From: a virus
Virus record (IMG/VR): IMGVR_UViG_3300045988_073597
Location: 1 to 57,405 of that record
Length of the DNA: 57,405 bases
Strand: one strand, 5' to 3'
Shown here piece after piece: positions 52,498 through 57,405 of the stretch (position 1 is the stretch's first letter; every line of letters begins with the position of its first letter). The notes below the pieces were generated by a model. It searched no databases. It saw only the letters and a program-made list of their open reading frames with translations, and was not told where the DNA came from. The position numbers and the translations under genes were made by a program.

Positions 52498-53282
52498 GGC
52501 ATCCCGTGGCTATATGCTGCACGGTGAATTTTTTGCGCGTTTATGCGTTCCGCAGCTGTCAGCGGTAAAAAATGGCGGTTCGTGTGCGTTTCTGCATCCG
52601 GCACACGGCTAGAAAAAAAGATCAGATGCAGCGCAGCGGCGACCGCGTTAGAATCTCCAACGGCTCAAGACAAGCAATGCCGGTTATAATTGTGCTTGCG
52701 TTTTGGTGCTGGTGTGCCACCAAACAAAAACAGATCACGCCCGGAACGCTGACCGCATCCAGCAAAAAAATAAGAAAAATAACCGTTACATTTTACAAAT
52801 AAAAAAACAACGGTTTATTTGTGGAACCTTGAAAAATAAATAAAAGGGGTTTTATTAAGTGCACCCGGAAGCATAGCAAAACGATGCACACGAAAAAATA
52901 TATGTATACAATATACATTTTTGTATTTTATTGACTGCGCCCGCTTTATTAGTGTATGCTATGGGCGACTAGATATATATTACAACGGCGGCAGCGCGTG
53001 ACATGCGCGCCAGGTCGCTGAATTGTCAGAATTATTTCAAGTTGTCAGAAAATAAAGAATCTGTTTTAAAATCCAGTCAAAATCGTGCCGAAATTTCAAG
53101 ATTTGCCGATCTGGTTTTTCAGTCTGAAAATCGGTACCCCGGGGGGTATCAAAATCAACCAGGACATTTCGCGGCACTTGTGATTTTTGAAAAAATTTCT
53201 GTGAAAATATCGCAAAAATCCAACCGAAAAATTGAAATTTGCAATTTTGAAATTCTTGCTCAAATTTCAGACCCAGGGGGGC

Positions 53283-53438
53283 TTAAAATTTTTCTTGACA
53301 ATTTTCAACAGATTCCATCGTAAACAAAATTGCTTTGCTTGTGTATGTGCTTGCGCTCAGTTCTTCCAGTATTCGCTCCCTTGTCATTCCCGGATTTGTC
53401 TTTTGTATATATTCCAGTAGTTCATCAATTTTATTCAT
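53283..53438 (-). CDS. Small hypothetical protein (51 aa)
   Basis: Hand-translated MNKIDELLEYIQKTNPGMTRERILEELS...; TAATG overlap with the upstream metallopeptidase gene. Confidence 0.35.
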   Translation of the reverse strand: MNKIDELLEYIQKTNPGMTRERILEELSASTYTSKAILFTMESVENCQEKF

Positions 53439-53758
53439 TATGCAACTCCTATCTGCATATTTGCCATTAATTCATCAAGAAGATATATCAAGTCCGTACC
53501 GTACAGACTTATCCAGTCCGCAAGGTACTCTTCCTGTTCAATAGGCATGGATATGTTATGTGAAAAGCAGAAACAATGGCATAGTTCGTGAGCCAATATT
53601 TTACGCAAATAGCCATTTTTAGGAATATCTGATAAATATACCGTCTTGTCGTTCCAATCGCTCACAGCAAGGCTATGAGAGCCGTCAGAGCGCATTAAAT
53701 GTTCACTATTCCCATTCACAAATAATATTCTCCAAAGTATACCGTTTATTTCAAACAT
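53438..53758 (-). CDS. ImmA/IrrE- or SprT-like zinc metallopeptidase
   Basis: HExxH motif (ILAHELCHCF); ATG at 53758 after GGAGGT. Confidence 0.55.
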   Translation of the reverse strand: MFEINGILWRILFVNGNSEHLMRSDGSHSLAVSDWNDKTVYLSDIPKNGYLRKILAHELCHCFCFSHNISMPIEQEEYLADWISLYGTDLIYLLDELMANMQIGVA

Positions 53759-53806
53759 AATTACCTCCAAAAATAGCCGGAGAGCTGAATCCCCGGCTAT
53801 CGCATT

Positions 53807-54460
53807 TTACATCTTAGACACCAGTGTAGACATCTTTGCTTTAATCATAGACCTTTCTTCCGGTGTCATATCGCCAAGCATGTCTGTTACGTCCTCGCTC
53901 AAGTCTTTCATGTATTTTTCCAGATCACGCATCTTTGCTTCTTTGTCATGTTGTGTATTTGCCCGATGAAGTTCTTTGCTCTCCATGTATGTCTTACGGC
54001 TCATGCCACTTCTACCCTCTCTGGAATCACGCATAGCACTGTCAGAAATGCGTGATGGTTCAGAATAGTACATTCGACCTATTCTGTCTCTATCCATATC
54101 ACGTCCGTCAGTCCAATCATGGTACATTTCCGGAGTCATGTGCCAGTATGGCATTTCCTCATATCCTCTGCGTGTTCCTCTTCCTTTAGGTGCGAAACGT
54201 CCGTTTGCATATCGGTAATTGTCGTAAAATCTTCTACCACCATCGCCGTATCTATCGAACATTTCCATGATCTCATCTGTTTCGGATTCATCCATTGCTT
54301 TGGTTAGTGTTCTGTAATACATAGCTTCCGCAAGGTCTTTGAGCATATCTGTTACCTGCCCCATCTCTACCGGGTCAACATTCTCTATCCCTTTGTTGAA
54401 CTCGCTTTCAGCGCATTCTGCAATTTTCTCAATCATGCAATGCATTCTTTTAATATCCAT
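53807..54460 (-). CDS. Hypothetical charged protein (Met/Arg/Asp/Tyr-rich)
   Basis: 217-aa ORF with unusual composition and no recognised motif. Confidence 0.6.
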   Translation of the reverse strand: MDIKRMHCMIEKIAECAESEFNKGIENVDPVEMGQVTDMLKDLAEAMYYRTLTKAMDESETDEIMEMFDRYGDGGRRFYDNYRYANGRFAPKGRGTRRGYEEMPYWHMTPEMYHDWTDGRDMDRDRIGRMYYSEPSRISDSAMRDSREGRSGMSRKTYMESKELHRANTQHDKEAKMRDLEKYMKDLSEDVTDMLGDMTPEERSMIKAKMSTLVSKM

Positions 54461-54464
54461 AACT

Positions 54465-54887
54465 CTACGCCTCCCTTGTTACAACTAAGTTAGCGTTAGC
54501 TACGTCAATAGCAACACCACTGGTGTTCTCAACGGCGATGTTTACGCAACAGCCTTTCGGAACATCTACATAGATTCCAGTCGAAACATTATTGAACTGC
54601 GCCACTGCTGCCGGTGTAGAAATCATCTGTGAAGAAAGAACCGGTTCACCACTGATTGCGATTGCCAGAGAAATTTCTCCGGCCGTACCGCCAGTAGGAA
54701 CGGCAATATTTGCAGAAAAATCTACAAAATATCTCGCCCGGCACTGATTTGTAAGTCCTCTAAGGGTAACGATTCCAGAACCCTCTCTGTGCTGGATACA
54801 GTTAGACCCTCTAACTGCTGTGTTTGTAAAAACAACATTTCCGTTAGCAGCCACTTCCTGTGACGCAACAGCTGTATATTCTGCCAT
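54465..54887 (-). CDS. Beta-rich hypothetical protein (pattern reminiscent of the C1q/TNF-like BclA C-terminal domain)
   Basis: 140 aa with alternating hydrophobic beta pattern (IVTLRG...ARYFVDFSANIAV...GEISLAIAISGEPV...IYVDVPKGCCVNIAVEN...). The resemblance is judged by eye only. Confidence 0.55.
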   Translation of the reverse strand: MAEYTAVASQEVAANGNVVFTNTAVRGSNCIQHREGSGIVTLRGLTNQCRARYFVDFSANIAVPTGGTAGEISLAIAISGEPVLSSQMISTPAAVAQFNNVSTGIYVDVPKGCCVNIAVENTSGVAIDVANANLVVTREA

Positions 54888-55011
54888 TTAATTTACCTCC
54901 TAAATCAAAGTTAGGGGCAAACAACAGTCTGCCCCTTATTACTGTAAAACTGCTAAAGCAGACATAACCTTGGATAAATCTTGGTTAAGTTACTCTTATT
55001 CTGTTGTGCTT

Positions 55012-55797
55012 TTAGCATCCGCAACCAGTATTGCATCCGCAAGCATATCCATACGGAGATGGAACGGTGTATGCCGGAATCGGAGCCGGGTTCACAGCGT
55101 TGATAATCTGTTGTGTCTGAGCTGCCATCTGAGTTGTAAGAAGTGCGCTCTGGCGATCCTGTGAAGCTGCTCTGCGAAGATCATTATTTTCTGCCTGTAA
55201 GGAAGAAATTTTTTCGTTGCAGAGATAATCGAGGATTGCTCTTGTGCCTGCATTCTGACTCTCGATAATATCTCTTGTATTTGTGTTCATGGTGTTCTGC
55301 AACGCGCATGTGTTTGTTGCCATGTTGTAATTTACACCTTGAATAGCTTCTCTCGTCTCACAGCAGCAATTAGCTAACTGTGACTGCAACGCATTTGTGT
55401 TCTGCATATTAGCAACAGTATCAGCATTAATAGCCTGCTGAATGCCATAGCCAGTCTGCATGATATTTGTGTTAATACCATTAAAGCCGGTAAGCATACT
55501 GTTGTTCATAGCGTAGAAGCCATCACAAAGTCCGTTAGAAATGCCATCTAACTTGCTGATAACTGCGGAATTATCAAATCCTCTCTGTATATCAGCCTGT
55601 GTAGCTGCTGTAGCAACATAACCACCGCCATTATTACAGCCAAATCCACCTAATCCGTTGTTTCCCCATCCAAAAAGCAACGCGAACACGACTATAATCC
55701 ATAACCATCCCCCGTCGCCCCATGCGCCACCGTCAGAATAACCGCCGGTAGCCGGCATAACAGGCATGGTAAAAGGCGTATTGTTTGAGTTAAACAT
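55012..55797 (-). CDS. Membrane-anchored Gly/Asn/Gln-rich protein with Cys-rich C-terminus
   Basis: ATG at 55797 after GGAGGTAAAACT; TM segment WLWIIVVFALLFGW; three ~40-aa Cys-containing repeats; ends ...YACGCNTGCGC. Confidence 0.6.
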   Translation of the reverse strand: MFNSNNTPFTMPVMPATGGYSDGGAWGDGGWLWIIVVFALLFGWGNNGLGGFGCNNGGGYVATAATQADIQRGFDNSAVISKLDGISNGLCDGFYAMNNSMLTGFNGINTNIMQTGYGIQQAINADTVANMQNTNALQSQLANCCCETREAIQGVNYNMATNTCALQNTMNTNTRDIIESQNAGTRAILDYLCNEKISSLQAENNDLRRAASQDRQSALLTTQMAAQTQQIINAVNPAPIPAYTVPSPYGYACGCNTGCGC

Positions 55798-55867
55798 AGT
55801 TTTACCTCCGAAAATTTTATTCATAAAGATGTCACCCAGGAATTGTATACAAACATCTATTATGCCA

Positions 55868-56101
55868 TTAATTATTAAACTTGCTTTTGATCTGATTTAT
55901 TACATCGTCTGCATTCAGACCTTTTTCCTTACACAAATTTCGTGCCATTTGCTCAATTCCTTGCATATCGCCTTTTTGAGCCATTTCTATTGTATTCTTC
56001 ATTAAGGGATTTCTCATAACCTGATTATTTCCCATCATCTGTTGTAAAAATTGCTGTGGGTTCCCGTTTTTCATCATCTGGAAAATATTTAATGGATTCA
56101 T
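55868..56101 (-). CDS. Small Met/Gln/Asn-rich protein
   Basis: ATG at 56101 after AAAGGATGGTG. Confidence 0.5.
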   Translation of the reverse strand: MNPLNIFQMMKNGNPQQFLQQMMGNNQVMRNPLMKNTIEMAQKGDMQGIEQMARNLCKEKGLNADDVINQIKSKFNN

Positions 56102-56155
56102 TCTGCACCATCCTTTTGAATTAACATACCAACTACATATCAACTAATGCACAAA

Positions 56156-56665
56156 CTAAGTTGTGCTATTCTTTGATTTAGTTGTTCTATTAGTTGGTGT
56201 ATCGCAAATTTTTTGCTCCAACTTGCAAATTTCACTTACAAGTTCGTTTATCTTTTCATCAAATCCGCTTCTGACATCTTCTAGTGCTTCTAAAACCGTT
56301 TTTTCTTTATCGTTTGATAAGTTGTTAGCCTGTTCGTTTAAAGCTGGCTTAAACACAACGGTACAAATTGTACCGTCAGCATTCCACTGTTTAGCATAAA
56401 TTTCCGACATGTCCTGTTTTGGAAATATTGCAACACTTCCGTCCATTGGAACATCGTTTGCATTAATTACATCAACCGATGGAACAATTTTTCCATTTAT
56501 GAAAGTCGATTGTGACTGCTGGACCGGTTGCATTTGCTGTTGAAACTGCTGCTGTGGTTCGAATCTCTGCTGTTGGTATTGGTTTCCACTATAATTCCCA
56601 TATTGGAAATATGGCTGTATCTGCGGATTGTATATGCTATTCGGATACTGGTTGTTCATCTGCAT
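56156..56665 (-). CDS. Protein with Gln/Tyr/Pro-rich N-terminal third and a globular C-terminal domain
   Basis: MQMNNQYPNSIYNPQIQPYFQYGNYSGNQYQQQRFEPQQQFQQQMQPVQQSQ... Confidence 0.6.
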   Translation of the reverse strand: MQMNNQYPNSIYNPQIQPYFQYGNYSGNQYQQQRFEPQQQFQQQMQPVQQSQSTFINGKIVPSVDVINANDVPMDGSVAIFPKQDMSEIYAKQWNADGTICTVVFKPALNEQANNLSNDKEKTVLEALEDVRSGFDEKINELVSEICKLEQKICDTPTNRTTKSKNSTT

Positions 56666-56819
56666 TCTGCTTTTCCCCCTCTAAAACTTCCTCGATCGCA
56701 TGTATCACAGAGGATTGTGTCTGCAAATCAAGCCTTTGCATCTCTTTTCTGTTAAAAATTTTCTCTAAAATTTCATCTGAAAACACATTGTCACCCTCTT
56801 TCTGATTAAATTTTTGCAT
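56637..56819 (-). CDS. Small hypothetical protein (doubtful start)
   Basis: The ORF begins inside the T-run of the upstream terminator and has no RBS. Confidence 0.3.
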   Translation of the reverse strand: MQKFNQKEGDNVFSDEILEKIFNRKEMQRLDLQTQSSVIHAIEEVLEGEKQNADEQPVSE

Positions 56820-56827
56820 AAAAAACA

Positions 56828-56852
56828 AGCCGATACCATATCAGTATCGGCT
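56828..56852. terminator. Intrinsic terminator-like hairpin
   Basis: agccgatac-catatca-gtatcggct flanked by an A-run and a T-run. Confidence 0.6.
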
Positions 56853-56862
56853 CAAAAAAGTA

Positions 56863-57066
56863 TCACATCACTTTTCTTATTTTCTCATTCATAGTTTTTG
56901 CTATACGTTTCACTGTAGCAATACTCACGTTCATTTCCTCAGCGCAAATCTCATAGCTACACTCTTTGTTTCGAAGCATAAACAATGTGTGCTGCTGATC
57001 TGTGAAGTTAGCTTTATCTAAAATGTAATCAATTTCATCTTTGGTAAAATCCGGCACTTTTATCAT
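56863..57066 (-). CDS. Small sigma-70 region-4/LuxR-like HTH regulator
   Basis: 67 aa; FMLRNKECSYEICAEEMNVSIATVKRIAKTM. Confidence 0.55.
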   Translation of the reverse strand: MIKVPDFTKDEIDYILDKANFTDQQHTLFMLRNKECSYEICAEEMNVSIATVKRIAKTMNEKIRKVM

Positions 57067-57204
57067 GGCAATACCTCCAGAAAATTTTTTGAGAAATTGA
57101 CAAAAAGCACCCCTTATATTATATGCTCAGACATAAAAAAAGATGCCTAACGGCACCAACTTTTTTTCAACTGTATTAAGGCTATTTTCTTATGCTATTT
57201 TTTA

Positions 57205-57264
57205 CACCAATTTTGTACCAATTTTTGTACCAATTTTTAAAAACGTACCAATTTTGTACCAATT
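57205..57264 (+). promoter_or_regulatory. Four exact GTACCAATT repeats plus one variant (candidate integrase arm-type sites, attP right arm)
   Basis: gtaccaatt at 57215, 57227, 57245 and 57256; caccaatt at 57205; spacing of 11-12 bp. Confidence 0.45.
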
Positions 57265-57350
57265 AAAAGTTGAATTTAAACATTTTTGTAGATTTTTGTG
57301 AAGCTGTTAAATTTGCTTTATTTCCAGTATTTATGCTGTTTGTAGACTTA

Positions 57351-57405
57351 TGTAGGCTTTTAAACAGAAAGTCGTTTTTGCGTTATTCCATAAGGAAATG
57401 ATCTG
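57351..57405. repeat. Second copy of the 55-bp terminal direct repeat
   Basis: Exact match to 1-55. Confidence 0.95.

Noticed and set aside
50226-52916. 14-bp direct repeat tgtatacaatatac at 50226-50239 and 52903-52916, bracketing the XRE module (possible insertion boundaries)
   Set aside because: In an AT-rich 57-kb sequence, several exact 14-mer coincidences are expected by chance. Both copies lie in promoter-like AT-rich DNA, and no target-site-duplication context or terminal inverted repeats were seen. It is kept only as a weak hint.

Overview
The window appears to be a complete, circularly closed temperate siphovirus-type phage or prophage genome of about 57.35 kb. The first 55 nt are identical to the last 55 nt. 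The host looks like a low-GC Gram-positive, Clostridia-like organism, judging by GGAGG ribosome-binding sites, TTG/GTG starts and choline-binding-type endolysin repeats. Nearly all genes lie on the minus strand.

Gene order:
- **attP and integration (1-1563):** attP region with phased GTACCAATT repeats, then a tyrosine integrase and an excisionase-like gene.
- **Replication and recombination (1.5-16 kb):** replisome organizer with five exact 15-bp iterons, G39P-like loader, GIY-YIG nuclease, SSB, MBL-fold hydrolase, RecT and a Rad50/SbcC-like ATPase.
- **Immunity region (17-19.8 kb):** antirepressor, divergent Cro-like and CI-like genes, and three palindromic operators.
- **Lysogeny-side lipoprotein and amidase endolysin (20.1-21.7 kb).**
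- **Tail module (21.8-34.8 kb):** Tal, Dit, a 1719-aa tape measure, G/GT chaperones with a -1 slippery site, and the major tail protein.
- **Holin embedded among the connector genes (34.8-35.4 kb).**
- **Head module (35.5-44.8 kb):** capsid, decoration, scaffold, two Ig/fibre-like genes, portal and TerL.
- **Small genes with a tRNA array (45-49 kb).**
- **TerS-like gene (49.4-50 kb).**
- **Accessory arm of unknown function (50.2-57.1 kb).**

The standout system is a complete diversity-generating retroelement (DGR) at 10.1-13.6 kb, inside the early/recombination operon. It has a reverse transcriptase (RT), one template repeat (TR) and an Avd gene. It serves three tandem DUF6273/DUF1566-like target genes, each ending in its own variable repeat (VR). 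Every TR/VR difference falls on a TR adenine.

Other points of interest:
- A chimeric, near-perfect duplication of the DGR target gene.
- A tRNA array mixing intact and decayed tRNAs, with an attenuator-like alternative hairpin.
- A lipoprotein signal peptide split by an in-frame TGA.
- A promoter plus leader terminator upstream of the late operon.
- An XRE-controlled four-gene operon.
- An ~850-bp non-coding, repeat-dense stretch carrying a tRNA T-arm fragment.
- A cluster of compositionally odd proteins next to attP.

All calls rest on reading the sequence and ORF translations by eye. No database searches were run.
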